From the human T2T-CHM13v2.0 reference genome, Homo sapiens: 64,000 bases of DNA. Below, one piece after another: positions 41,366-55,805 of the stretch. Both the position numbers and the translations under genes were made by a program. Position 1 is the stretch's first letter, and the number at the start of each line of letters is the position of its first letter. The stretch is from NCBI RefSeq assembly GCF_009914755.1, contig NC_060933.1. The stretch is one strand, 5' to 3'. Under the pieces are notes generated by a model. The model worked only from the letters and a program-made list of their open reading frames with translations, did not search any database and was not told the origin of the DNA.

Positions 41366-44008
41366 AGTCAAATCCCTGAATAGACCATAACAAGTTCTGC
41401 AACTGAGGCAGTAATTAATAGACTACCAACCAAAAAAAGCCCAAGACCAGACAGATTCACAGCCAAATTCTACCAGAGGTACAAAGAGGAGCTGGTACCA
41501 ATCCTTCTGAAACTATTACAAACAATAGAAAAAGACGGACTCCTCCCTAACTCATTTTATGAGGCCAGCATCATCCTGATACCAAAACCTGGCAGAGACA
41601 CAACAAAAAAAGAAAATTTCAGGCCACCCCAATGAACATCGATGCAAAAATCCTCAATAAAATACTGGCAAACCGAATCCAGCAGCACATCAAAAAGCTT
41701 ATCCACCACGACCAAGTTAGCTTCATCCCTGGGACACAAGGGTGGTTCAACATATGCCAATCAATAGACATAATCCATCACAAACAGAACCAATGACAAA
41801 AATCACGTTTGTCTCAACAGATACAGAAAAGGCCTTCAATAAAATTCAACACCGCTTCATGCTAAAAACTCTCAATAAACTAGGTATTGATGGAATGTAT
41901 TTTAAAACAATAAGAGGTATTTATGACAAACCTAAGACACAAGACAAGGGTGCCCTCTCTCACCACTCCTATTCAACCTGGTATTGGAAGTTCCGGCCAG
42001 GGAAATCAGGCAAGAGAAAGAAATAAAGGGTATTCAATTAGAAAAGAGGAAGTCAAATTGTCTTTCTTTGCGGATGACATGATTGTATATTTAGAAAACC
42101 CCATCGTATCAGCCCCAAATTTCCTTAAGCTGAGAAGCAACTTCAGCAAAGTCTCAGGATACAAAATCAACATGCAAAAATCACAAGCATTCCTACACAC
42201 CAATAATAGACAAACAGAGAGCCAAATCATGAGTGAACTCCCATTCATAATTGCTACAAAAAGAATAAAATACCTAGGAATATAACTTGCAAAGGATGTG
42301 AAGGACCTCTTCAAGGAGAACTACAAACCACTGCTCAAGGAAAACAGAGAGGATACAAACGAATGGAAAAACATTCCATGCTCATGGATAGGAAGAATCA
42401 ATATCATGAAAATGGCCATACTGCCCAAAGTAATTTATAGATTCAATGCTATTCCCATTAAGCTACCATTGACTTTCTTCACAGAATTAGAAAAAACTAC
42501 CTTAAATTTCATATGGAACCAGAAAAGAACCTGTATAGTCAAGACAATCCTAAGCAAAAAGAACAAAGCCGGAGGCATCACATTGCCTGACTTCAAACTA
42601 CACTACAAGGCTACAGTAACCAAAACAGCATGATACTGGTACCAAAACAGATATATAGAACAATGGAACAGAACCCAGGCCGCAGAAATAACACCACACA
42701 TCTACAACCATCTGAGCTTTGACAAACTTGAGAAAAACAAGAATGGGGAAAGGATTCCCTATTTAATAATCCTGGTGTTGGGAAAACTGTCTAGCTATAT
42801 GCAGAAAACTGAAACTGGACCTCTTCTTTATACCTAATACAAAAATTAACTAAAGATGGATTAAAGACTTCAATGTAAGACCCCATACTATAAATCTCCT
42901 AGAAGAAAACCTAGGCAATACCATTCAGGACATAGGCATGGGCTAAGGCTTCATGACTAAAACATCAAAGCAATAGCAACAAAAGCCAAAATTGACAGAT
43001 GGGATCTAATTAAGCTAAAGAGCTTTTGCACAGCAAAAGAAACTATCATCAGAGTGAACAGGCAACCTACAGAATGGGAGAAAATCTTTGCAATCTATCC
43101 ATCTGACAAAGGGCTAATATCCAGAACCTATAAGGAACTTAAACAAATTTACAAGAAAAAAAATAAACAACCTCATTAAAAGTGGGCTAAAGATTTGAAT
43201 AAACACTTCTCAAAAGAAGACATTTATGCAGCCAAAAAACATATGAAAAAAAGCTCATCATCACTGGTTATTACAGTAATGCAAATCAAAACCACAACAA
43301 GACACCATCTCACACCAGTTAGAATGGTGATCATTAAAAAGTCAGGAAACAACAGATGCTAGAGAGGATGTGGAGAAATAGGAACACTTTTACACTGTTG
43401 GTGGGAGTGTAAATTAGTTCAACCATTGTGGAAGACAGTGTGGTGATTCCTCGAGGACCTAGAACCAGAAATACCGTTTGACCCAGCAATCCCATTTCTG
43501 GGTATATACCCAAAGGATTATAAATCATTCTACTATAAAGACACATGCACATGTATGTTTATTGCAGCACTATCACAATAGCAAAGACTTGGAACCAACC
43601 CAAATGCCCATCAATGATAGACTGGATAAAGAAAATGTGGCACATTTACACCATGGAATACTATGCAGCCATGAAAAAGGATGAGTTCATGCCCTTTGCA
43701 GGGACATGGATGAAGCTAGAAACCATCATTCTCAGCAAACTAATACAGGAACAGAAAACCAAACACCGCATGTTCTCACTCATAAGTGGGAGTTGAACAA
43801 TGAGAACATATGGACACAGGGAGGGGAACATCACACACACCAGGGCCTGTCAGGGGTTGGGGGTCTAGGGAGGGATAGTATTAGCGGAAATAACTATTGC
43901 AGATGACAGGTTGATGGGTTCAGCAAACCACCAGGGCATGTGTATACCTATGTAACAAACCTGCATGTTTTGCACATGTATCCCAGAATTAAAGTATAAT
44001 AATAGTAA
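41366..44008 (+). mobile_element. 3' segment of the same L1PA7-like element (RT, C-terminus, 3'UTR)
   Basis: [14 protein letters not shown] motif, disrupted ORF2, L1PA7-type 3'UTR (TTGATGGGTTCAGCAAACCACC). TSD-like AAA(T/A)GTTCCC at 40162-40171 and 44009-44018. Confidence 0.95.
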
Positions 44009-47000
44009 AAAAGTTCCCACTGACACACATTTCTGGGAGCCAAAGTCAATGTATTTAAAGGACTGTAAATGAATGGGATCTGAGAGTGTTATTTTTAAGC
44101 AGAGGTAATGTACTGGCCTCTGTCCCTAACAATGGTAGTAAAAATATACTCCAAATGACACACACTATAGCAAAATGTGGGCAAGGTGCTTAGAGAAGGA
44201 CACTTGAAAGAGGAAGAGTAGATTGCTTCATAGTTCAAGGACTGTTGTTTTGATCTCTCATCAAAAGAGCCATCCAAACAGATCTCTACATTTATCAAAA
44301 TATCAACATTTTATTTTCTCTAATGTTTAAATATTTCTTAGCCACTTTCTCATATGTATTTTTAAGACTATAAAATGAAGAAAACTTTTCATCAACCATT
44401 TTTAGCACAGACAGGGAAAGATTATTTTTCCCTGAAAATATTCCTTTAAAACTTCTATCTTTGCTACTGTATAGTTAAGCACAAAAGGAGATATTGATTA
44501 TAATGTATGATTCTGTAATTTTATCATTATTTCATTACAAAACAATTTTTGTGGCTGCTCACAAGCCTGATAAATATATATTTAGTGATTTTTTTGGTCA
44601 ACACTTAAAGTGACTTTCTCTTTCTGTCATTTTAATGGCATTGTGATAAAAAGATCAAGACTGAAAAGAAAGATAGACACAAGAACATATCACCTTTTAA
44701 TTATTTTATAACTACCTATTTAGGATTCCTAGAATAAATATTCTACTTTTACCATTAAGTGTGAACATTTTATAATAATTACTTCCTTCTCTCTCAGAGA
44801 AAATGTTGGTTTTTGCCAAGGAAAATCTACAGCATGCAAATTCTTCTTTCAAGATGCGAATAGTGCATATGTAAGCTTTGACGGGTACTAATGGACATTT
44901 CTTCCTATTTTTGACCCTTAGGGTGAAAATAACAGCGCCTTATTATTTTTCAGGAAGAATAAGATCCATTTACAAACAGTTTAGAAACTCAGGGCTTTTT
45001 TTCCCTCTTATAAATAGACAAATAAATGGTCACATTAGCACTTATACTTCATTGTGAGCCAAGGACATTTTTAAAATGTCACTACTCAGGGTTAATGCTC
45101 TTTTTTTTTTTGACATTTGGCCTTCAGATTTTTCTGCTTAATTGTCTGTTTGCCACCTCATTGCCATATACAGGGTCAAATGCATCTCTTTCCTTTCACA
45201 TTGCCATAAGATATAAAGTCCAAATGTTTTAAATGTTTTATATATTGTGTACTACCAGACCTTTCCAAGCTCTATATTAATTTAAGCCTCTCGAATCTAG
45301 AGAAGTCTTCCGCTCAGGCTGAAATTGTCCCCAGGAAGGATTATCAGTTACTTGTGTCCAACCCTAAGCTGCTCACTTTTTAGCAGATGCTTGTGGTTTT
45401 GCTTTCTCCACCAGTGAAAACATTTTGGGCTAGCCTTACAAAAGTGAATACATATGCAACTTACACATATAATTTACTGATATATAGGAAAGTAAATAAA
45501 TTTTCAAGGTGATTCTGTTAATGATTAACTAACTCACATAACTTGGACTTCAATTTTCTTTTTAAGTAAGGATCACTTCCAGAACGGCACCAAATCGAAT
45601 TGAAGTGTGACCTCTATACATTTTTCACTAAAGATGACTTTTGAAAATATTCTAAATCTATGGGTATAGAATACTGAACCTCCTTCTGACTGGTACTATT
45701 CATTGAGACTAATTCACTGAGAGTGAGAAGCATAGTAGTTTTAGTTTTGATATGGAGATGTTTGGTTTAATCTAGAACGCATGCTGTTCATTATGGGCAG
45801 CCTATTGTGTCATGCCACACTTTGGGACAGTTACTGGGGGAAATGAAGAGAAAAGCTGTCCCTCTTAAGAAGGCTAGGGGCCTAAAGACTGATTTCTGTC
45901 TCACATCACCCTTTATATACTGATTTGCTTGTTTCCCACATTGGATTATTATCACCTTTATAAACCATTATAAGCCCTAGATTGGATTCTCAATTCTTGG
46001 CTGCCTTTTCAATCATTTAGCCACAACCATCTTGTCCTCACCCCTCCCTGCAGCTGTGGAAAGTGGGCTTAAATTGTTCCTAGGAAATATAGGTGGCTGA
46101 ATTCTGTACATCAGGATGCCATTCCCTTGGTCCCAGCTGAAGTGACTAACAATGGACATCTATTTTAAGAGGATAATATTTGGGCTGGATAAAAGCATCT
46201 GGTGTGGCTTGGGCAAATGCTTTTTTAAAATGTGAGCAAAGATGACTGGTTAGGTGAGTCACAGACTTCTGGGGAATTGGGCCAGTGAAACAAAAAAGTT
46301 GACCATAGCAAGCTGAAACTAAGAGATACAAAGGAATGATAGTGTGTAGGTACCATACAATAGCAAAAGCCGAAGAAACAGATGCCATGGGGAAGAGAAG
46401 AAAAGAGAAATAATGAAAAACAGTCATCATGGCTGAAGTGATATACAGAGTGACACACACAAGCTGAATTTTCCTAATTATGTCAGAGCTCTAATTCTTG
46501 CTCCTAGAAAAGCAAATACACACACAGAAAACACTGATTTCCATTGTCTCTGAGTTGGCTTTTTTTTCTCTCTTGGATTTTTCTCTCTGTTGTTTTTCCA
46601 ACATTACTTAAGGTAAACTTAGTGAGTCCTCTAAAATATTTTATTACTATAAATGTGTGAAACATCTACAGATTTCCCCAGTTACCAAAGCAGAGATTTG
46701 GTCCTTGGCCCTGAAGAGTTGGTGTTTTCATAGTCAGAAATAGAATGTGCATAGATGAATGTAATAGAGAAGATAAATCACAAATAATAAAATTATAATT
46801 ATACCTATTACCCATGTGTGACCATTTTTCAGTGGTTTACCGATAAGTTCAAGAATGAGAAAAACTGTGAGAAGGTCCGGAAGGCAGCCACTGTACTCCT
46901 GCATACTGAAGAGGCATTGTCCTTCCATAAAGAAATGTAGGTGGCATTTCAAGGAGGAAAAAGAACTAAGAACCAGGATTGAAATATGAGAAACATATAG

Positions 47001-47324
47001 AGAAGTGATTTCAAGGAAAATACAGAGAATTCTGAGTGCCAGATAAGTTACTTACATTGTGCTAGAGTTCATCACATACATAATCTCACTTAACCTTATG
47101 GAAAACATGGGGAAGTGAATATCCCAAACTACCAAAATAAGAAAGTCAAGGCTCAGGGAGCTTGTAGTAATTTTTCCAAAGTTAAATTTTAAATTCAAAG
47201 TCATTATTTTCTGGCTTTAAAATCCACATTCCTTTCATTTTCACAATATGCCTGCTCTTCACTCAACACAATCGCTTGATGTCAAATAGAACATAATAAT
47301 CTTATTTTCCACCAGAGCCCTAAA

Positions 47325-47329
<5 letters not shown>

Positions 47330-47359
<30 letters not shown>

Positions 47360-47635
47360 AGACAGAGTCTCACTCTGTTGCCTAGGCTAGAGTGCAGTGG
47401 CATTAGCTCACTGAAACCTCCACCTTCCAGGTTCAAGAGATTCTCCTGCCCCAGCCTCCTGAGTAGCTGGAATTACAAGCGTGCACCACCATGCCTGGCT
47501 GATTTTTGTATTTTTAGTAGACACGGGGTTTCACCAAGTTGTCCAGGCTGGTCTTGAACTCCTGACCTGAAGTGATCTGCTCGCCTCAGCCTTCCAAAGT
47601 GCTAGGATTACAGGCGTGAGCCACTGCACCCGGCC
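47330..47635 (-). mobile_element. AluSx-type, full length
   Basis: T run at 47328-47358. TSD AGAGCCCTAAACT(C/T)TT at 47314-47329 and 47636-47651. Confidence 0.97.
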
Positions 47636-47759
47636 AGAGCCCTAAACTTTTGATTCTTGTGTCCTCATTCTTCCCTTGAACCTGCCAGAAAAGAAAGTTC
47701 TTCTAAATTTTAAAAGCTGTTAAGGAAGGGACAATCTTGAACTAATAAAATGAAATCTG

Positions 47760-48144
<385 letters not shown>

Positions 48145-48229
48145 TCAAATAGAGCCTTGCCTAGCTTGCTGAGATTGCAGAAGACAAAGGTTTTCTTAGT
48201 ATTTGTGGAGGCTCTGAAAGAACTTATGC

Positions 48230-48440
48230 CTGTGAGCTCTGGAGTCAGTGTCTGGATTTGAAACTTGACCCTGTCACTTCATAGCTATAGTTTAGCAAGT
48301 TACTTAATGTCTGTAGTCTCTGTTTCCTCAATGTGTTATAATAGGTAATTATAGATTTTCTGTATTAAATGAGTAAATATTGTAAAACACCTAGGACTGT
48401 GCCAGAACAATGATAAGCACTCAATAAATATGAGCTATTT
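48230..48440 (+). mobile_element. MIR
   Basis: GCTCTGGAGTCAG..CTGGATTTGAAAC...GCAAGTTACTTAA...TAAGCACTCAATAAAT. Confidence 0.7.
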
Positions 48441-48660
48441 TGAAGGGAACACAAGGGTTTTTCACTCAACATTACTCCTATTTTTACCCCCTAGTAAAAA
48501 GAAGGTCTTTCTCAAATAATTTGTGACTTGCTAAAAAAGTCAACAAAACCCTTTAATGTGGCTGTGTTTAAGTGTGTGTGTGTGTTGAGTGGGGTGGCAT
48601 ATGTAAGATATTCTTGTGTTGAAGGACTTGACACAGTTGACAGCTATCTTACTTTTAAAA

Positions 48661-48818
48661 GGGCTTTCTGTAAATGTTTAGAGAATAAATATTTTAGGCC
48701 TTATGAGCCATAGTCACAAATAATAGGTAAAGAAATAAGTGTGTCCTAATAATACTTTATTGGCAAAAACAGGCAGTGGGCCAGATTTGGTCCAAGGTCT
48801 ACAGTTTGCTGACTGCTA
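48661..48818 (+). mobile_element. MER58A
   Basis: TAAATATTTTAGGC...AAAAACAGGCAGTGGGCCAGATTTGG...AGTTTGCTGAC. Confidence 0.8.
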
Positions 48819-49375
48819 CTATGGGCACAGTGCTCAAATAATGAGTATGTAGCTGGGACAATTGCTCCCCAGATTCAGTACGAATATTAATATTTGATCT
48901 GCGGCAGGCCATTTAACCTTTCTGACCAAAGTTTTTCATTCATGAGTTAGAATAAATGCTCCATGAAGCTTCTTTATGACTCTACTAACTCGTAGTATGC
49001 AAGGGCCTACAAATTGATCCCATGTAGCAAAACTATCACTATTCTATTAAGGTTCCTAAACTTTCCTCTATTTCTTCTAAATAAAATCCTGCTTGCCTAT
49101 TTAGGTTCTCCTCTCCAATTTTTCCTGACTGTTGATTTTGAGATTTTATAATGCAGAGTAAGAACGAAGGGTTGGTGTAGAAGGGTAATGTCAACATACT
49201 TGTCAGGGCTGGGGAAAATAGTTTTGTGAAGGTTTCCAAAGTAAGAAATAAGGAAACATCTATAATATGTGGGGAAAGCAGAAGGTAAAAAAAGTAGTAA
49301 TGCTCTGCCATATTTACTCCTTTCACTGTGTTTGAAAAATGAAAAGAGACAAGTTTATTTTGAAATCTTTTCCAG

Positions 49376-49860
49376 TTTTTATTTTTTATTGATACATAAT
49401 GTTTGTCCATATTTATGGGGTATATGTGATATTTTGATACATGCATACATGTGTAATGATCAAATTCAGGTATTTATGATATTCATCACATTGAACATTT
49501 ATTCCTTTGCATTGGGAACATTTTAAATATTCCCTTCTAGCTATTTTGAAATATACAATATATTGTTGTTAACTACAGTCACCTTACTGTGCTATTGAAC
49601 ACTGGAATTCCTATGTTGTATGTTTGTACCCATTAACCTACCTCTCTTCATCTCCCTGGCCCTCCATACCCTTCTCAGCCTCTGGTAGCAATCATTCTAT
49701 TCTCTACCTCTATAAGGTACACTTTTTTAGCCCCCACATATAAGTGAGAACACGCAATATTTGTCTGTCTATGCCTGGCTTATTTCAATTAACATAATGA
49801 CCTCCAGTTCCATCTATATTGGTGCAAATGACAGGATTTATTATTTTTTGATGGTTGAAG
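49376..49860 (-). mobile_element. L1MA4-like 3' end
   Basis: TTATTGATACATAAT...TTCTAGCTATTTTGAAATATACAATA...GCAAATGACAGGATT. Confidence 0.85.
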
Positions 49861-50322
49861 ATTATTGAATTGCTTTTTATTGTGAGCTGTGTGTCTTTAA
49901 TCAGAACATCATTCTGAGATTGTACCACATGGGTAATGGCTTGTTAGATATTATATATTTATAATCATTCTAGTATTTCCACAGATTGAGTAGTGAATAT
50001 GTCAGCGTTATTAGGTCTTCAGTGGCCATTATTGCAATTTTTATAAGCCTATTTTTGGATGAAGGGCAGAAGCTTCAGATAACAATAATAGTTGGCAGCC
50101 TGGCACTTTCATACAAACGTAAAAAACATTTTCATCTTCCTAAGTGAGGTAAAACTAATGATGACTCTTGAACAAAGACAATGTCCTTACTCAAAACATC
50201 AGTGATTTCAAGTTGCATCCTCTTTAGCTGAGTTGCTGCATTCTTCAAATAACTCTTAATGACATCTCAATGATATCTTATTGCATTGACAATGATGACA
50301 GGTTAAAAATTTCTTTAAATAG

Positions 50323-50767
<445 letters not shown>

Positions 50768-51985
50768 AAAAATTTCTTTAAATAGCTGCGTATTTTTCTG
50801 GAACTGTACATTTCTGTAAATCTCCAATCACCTTATGACTCTGGTTCTTACTAAAGTTTTATTCCTTTAAAAAATGCCTTGTTAGTCTTGCAGATTGTTT
50901 CCCAAGACTTCAGTAGGCTTATAGGAATTCTAGGTAGCTTCAATATGGACATTTGTCCTACAGCAATTAGTAATAGTCCCCATTTCCAGTATCAACTCTT
51001 AAAACTCCTTTTCATAGTAATAAGCCTATTCAGCACTTTGGACAGTGCCTAACACACTCAGTAAGTATTTGTGGAATGAGAAGTAAGTGAACAGTCACAG
51101 AGAATGACTTGGACATATATCTGCCTGTAACAAGTACTATATTTGCTAAAATTCCCAATCACAAGGAAACTAAACAAAACCTAATAGAACCAGCCAATAT
51201 AGTAAAGTCTGTACTCCATTGAAGAATTGAACTTTCAGGTTGGGGCAAATGGGATACTGTTTACTCTCAGGTTTCATCTAGGTACTATTACCATCATGCT
51301 TAAAACTCAATTGGGTTTTGTGTTGAGTGTGGGAATAAGACCTTTGAAAACCTAATTAACAAAAAATTCTTATCTCACTAATGTCACCTTCTATCTGCCA
51401 GGATTAGACAATGGTTTTTAAGTGTCTCTGCCATTTTCTTTTCTCTCAGTTTATCTTTGGGGTTCTTCTCCAGAGAGAAAGTCATGCCACTTTAGAAGAT
51501 TCACTCTTAAACTTTCATTTGACATGGTGAAGGTTTATAATGTACTGGATGGTAATAAAACACTAGGCTCACTATTGTTACCAACATGCTACTGTTAACT
51601 CATTTTCATGTTCTCTTCTTAGAAATAATGCACCATTTTCAAATGTTAAACATATTGTCTATTATAGGGCAAAGTTCTCTACAGATAATACTACTGGAAA
51701 CTAAAGTAGACACAGATATTGAATAGGTGATTCTTCATTCATGACTGTATCCTGGTACTGATTTCTATACCAAGGTATTTATAAAGGTATGCTGTTTTCA
51801 TTTCTTCTTCAACTGATTCATATTATTATTGTTATAAATATCACATGCAGTAAACATATTAATGGTAAATAATTGAATATTCACAGATTGAGGAACAGCT
51901 ACTATATTACTCTTATGCTTCATGGACAAGGGAAGTGTATTCATAAAGTGAATAAATAAGATGTGATTTACAAATTAAGTGTAAT

Positions 51986-52092
51986 AGTTATTCTATTCAC
52001 TTATAACATATGAAAAAGTTATGACTTGAAAAGTTATTCTATTCACTTATAACACATGAAAAAGTTATGACTTGAAAATATGACTTGAAAAT
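51986..52092 (+). repeat. 46-bp tandem duplication (1 mismatch) with an overlapping 13-bp duplication
   Basis: 51986-52031 vs 52032-52077; ATGACTTGAAAAT at 52067-52079 and 52080-52092. Confidence 0.95.
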
Positions 52093-52259
52093 TTGTCTAT
52101 TTAGGACAAATCCACAGTTAACTGAAATAGACAATGGATCTGAAACCACTATCATTTAAGATATATAAACTTAATAAACATCTATTGTGTTCATGTTATG
52201 TGCAATGTGCTTTAAATATAAAGATGATTAATAGTGTAGAAATTTAGAAAGACAAATAA

Positions 52260-54940
52260 AAAATTATGATCATCAACCATACCAATAATTTCATCATGTG
52301 TAAATGTTCTAAACACACAAATTAAAATACATAAATTTTCAGATTTTACTTAAAAAAACCCAATACTCTATTATATGCTATTGACAAGAAACCTGCTGTA
52401 AATACATGGACATAGCTAGGTTCAAATGAAAAGTACAAAAGAAACTAATGCAGTACGAAAGAAAATGCAAACACCAATCAAAAAAAGCAGAAACGGCTAT
52501 ACTAAAATAAAGTAGGCTTCAGAACAGGGATATGGAGGGACATTGCATAGTGATAAATGAGCTAATCAACCTAGAACACATAACAATCTTAAATATATAT
52601 ACATCTAACAACGGAACTTCCAAATACTAGAAACACAAACTAATAGAACTAAAAGGAGAATTAAGCAAATCCATAATTATAGTTAGAGGCTTCAAAATTC
52701 TTTGCTCAGCAATTGATAAAACAATTAAACTGAAAATCAGTAATGACACAGGAAATACGAATAACACTAGTAGTCAACTTGATGTAATTAGTATTGATAG
52801 AACCCTCTATCCAATAACGGCAGACTACATAGTTTATTCAAATGCCCAAGAAATATTCACCATGATAAACCATATTCCAGGCCATAAAACAAGTCTTACA
52901 AAATTTAAGAGAATTAAAATTATGTAAATAATGTTTTCTGGCTATAACATATTCAAGCAGAAATTAGTAATAAACAATCTAGAAAATTCCCCAATATCTG
53001 GAAATTAAATAACACAGAACTTTCTAAGTAATTCATGGGTAAAAAGGCAAGTCACATGGGAAATTATAAGCATTTTTAATTTTATAAAATTAAAAACACA
53101 ACCTGTTAAAATTTGGCGGGGGGGCGGATGTAGCTAAACAGGCATATAGAGGAAAATTTATAGCATTAACTGCTTCTATTAGAAAAGGAAAAAGTTCTCA
53201 AGTTAATGATCTAGCCTTCTATTTAAGAAACTAGAAAGGGAAGAGCAAGCAGAAGGAAGAAAATAAAGAGCGGACATAAATAATATGAAAAACAGAAATA
53301 CAATACAGAAGGCAATGAAACAAAAAACAGTTCTATAAAAAGATCAGTAAAATTGATAAACTTCTAGCCAGAGTGACCAAGTAGAAAGAAAAAAAAAGGC
53401 ACAACATCAAGAATGAAAAGGGATATAGGACCTCAATACAGATATTAAAAATGTAATAAGAGAATATTAAGCTCAACTTTATTAACATACATAAGTTCAA
53501 CAACTTAAATGAAATGGAATAATTCTTTTTAAGAAACAAAGTACCAATGCTCACTCAAGTGGAAATGGTCACCTGAATAGTCCTACATTAATTAAATGAA
53601 TTGAATTTGAAGTTGAAGTCTTCAAGCAAAGAAAACGTTAGAAAGTCATTACGTGAGAAAGACACATGCACACGCATATTTATAGCAGCCACAACTCTCA
53701 ATTGCAAAGGTTTGGAACCAACCTAAGTGTCCATCAACCAATGAGTGGATAAATAATATATATAAGACATCGATTGCCACTCAGCCATAAAAAGGAACCA
53801 AATAGTGTATTTTGCAGCAGCTTGGATGGAGCTGGAGGTGATTATTCTAAGTGAAATAACTCAGGAAAGGAAAACCAAAAATCGTATGTTCCCACTTATA
53901 AGTGGGAGCTAAGCTAGGAGGACACAAAGGCATAAGAATGATATAACAGACTTTGGGGACTTACGGTTGGGGGAAAGTTGGGAGGGACTGAAGGATCAAA
54001 CACTACATAGTGGGTACAGTGTACACTGCTCAGGTGACAAGTGCACCAAAATCTCAGAAATCACAATGGAAGAACTTATCCATGTAACAAAAAACCACCT
54101 GTACACCAAAAACTATTGGAATAAAAAATTAAAATAAAGAAAGAAAACTTTAGGCCCAGATGGCTTCCCTAATAAATTTCATAAAATATTTAACAACAAC
54201 AAACAACGACAACAACAACATACAATTTCCATACAAACTATTACAAAAAGCAGAAGAGGAGGGAAAACTTTATGAGGCTAGCATTATCCTGACACCCAAA
54301 TCAGGCAAAGACATCACAGGAAAATAAATCTTTAAACCAGTGTCCTTCATGATCATAGATGCACAAATTCTCAAAAACCTAATAGCAAATCAAATCTAGC
54401 AAATAGACAAAAGTGATAATACTTCATGACCAAATGGAGATTATCTCAAGAATGTCTAGCCCAACATTTGAAAAATCAACCAACAACTGATATCAACATC
54501 CATTCATGGTAAAAACTTGCAGCAAGATAGGCATTAAAAAACATGCTTGCTAATAGGTGGTAATTATATATATTAAAAAAACCCTATAGCTAATTTCACA
54601 CTTAATGTTTAAAAACGGAAGATTTTCTTCCTAAAATCAGGAACAAGGCAAGAGGTCTATTTTCACCACTCCCACCCAACATACTGCAAGTCTTAGCTTG
54701 TATAACAACAGCACAACAACTATAATAAAAGGCATATAAATAGAAAGAAAAAAATAAAATGACCTTTATTCACAGCCAATATGACTGTCTACATAGAAAA
54801 TCTGAAGAAATCTATAAAAAGGCTATTTGAACTAGGGTTGCAGAATACAAAGTCAACATACAAAAATCAAATGTATTTAAGTTGTTTCAATGTCAATTTT
54901 CTCCAGATTGAGCTGTGGAATCAACACATTTGTAGTATAT
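52260..54940 (+). mobile_element. Old L1M ORF2 remnant (EN through RT), interrupted by L1PB
   Basis: Decayed EN motifs (ATATTCACCATGATAAACCATATTCCAGGCCATAAAAC), GGCCCAGATGGCTTC, and a decayed FADD region near 54770. Confidence 0.85.
53642..54139 (+). mobile_element. 5'-truncated L1PB 3' end nested in the older L1M
   Basis: GGGTACAGTGTACACTGCTC...GTGCACCAAAATCTCAGAAATCAC. TSD AAAGAAAAC(G/T)TTAG at 53628-53641 and 54140-54153. Confidence 0.92.
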
Positions 54941-54993
54941 TAAAAATATATATCTGTTGACAGGCAGGGCCTTAGGAAGTCTCCTGGGACTTG

Positions 54994-55075
54994 TCTCCAA
55001 CTCTTGGCCTCAAGTAATCCTCCTGCCTCAGTCACCCAAAGTGTTGGAATTATAGACGAGCCACCACACCTGGTT
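54994..55075 (-). mobile_element. Alu left-arm/FLAM fragment
   Basis: AACTCTTGGCCTCAAGTAATCCTCCTGCCTCAG..CCCAAAGTGTTGG. Confidence 0.8.
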
Positions 55076-55089
55076 TGGACAGTCTTTAA

Positions 55090-55805
55090 TACACTCATGT
55101 AGGAATGTAGATTGGGAGAACCATTATGGAAAACAGTATGGAGGTTTCAAAATAAATTAAAAATAGAACTACCATATGACTCAGTAATCCCTCTTCTGAG
55201 CATATACCCAAAGAAAATAAATCATCACTTTGTTAAGATATTTTCATTCCCATGTTCCTTGCAGTATTGTTCTCAATAGCCAAGATATGGAAACAACCTG
55301 TCCATTGATGAACAAATGGATTAAAAACCCCTGTGGTACATATATACAATGGAATATTATTCAGTCCCACAAAAGAACGAGATCTTGCCATTTGCCATAA
55401 CAAAGATAACCTTGGAGGATATTAGGCTAAGTGAAATAACCCAGACTCAGAAAGAAAATATTACGTTATTCTACCTATACATGGAACAAAAATAATGCAT
55501 TTCAAATACACAGAGCTAGAGAACAACAGGAAATGGGGAGATGTAGGTCAAAGGATACAAAGTAGCAGATATGTAGGATGACCAAGTCTAGAGATTTCAT
55601 GTGCAACATGAGGACTATAGGTAATAAAATTGTATTTGACATGAGATTCATGCCAAATGAGTAGATTTTAGCCACCGTTGCCACAAAATGGATAACTGTG
55701 AGTTGCTGGATATGTTAATTTGCTTCAATATAGTAATCTTTTTACTATCTATAAGTATCCCATAACATCACGTTGTAGACCTTAAATATACACAATACAA
55801 TTTAT
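55090..55805 (+). mobile_element. L1MA8/9-like 3' end
   Basis: AAAATAGAACTACCATATGA...GGAGATGTAGGTCAAAGGATACAAAGTAGCAG. Confidence 0.82.

Noticed and set aside
41742-43906. Several 66-120 aa ORFs with RT or C-terminal motifs
   Set aside because: Frameshifted fragments of dead L1 ORF2, with no ORF1 or promoter.
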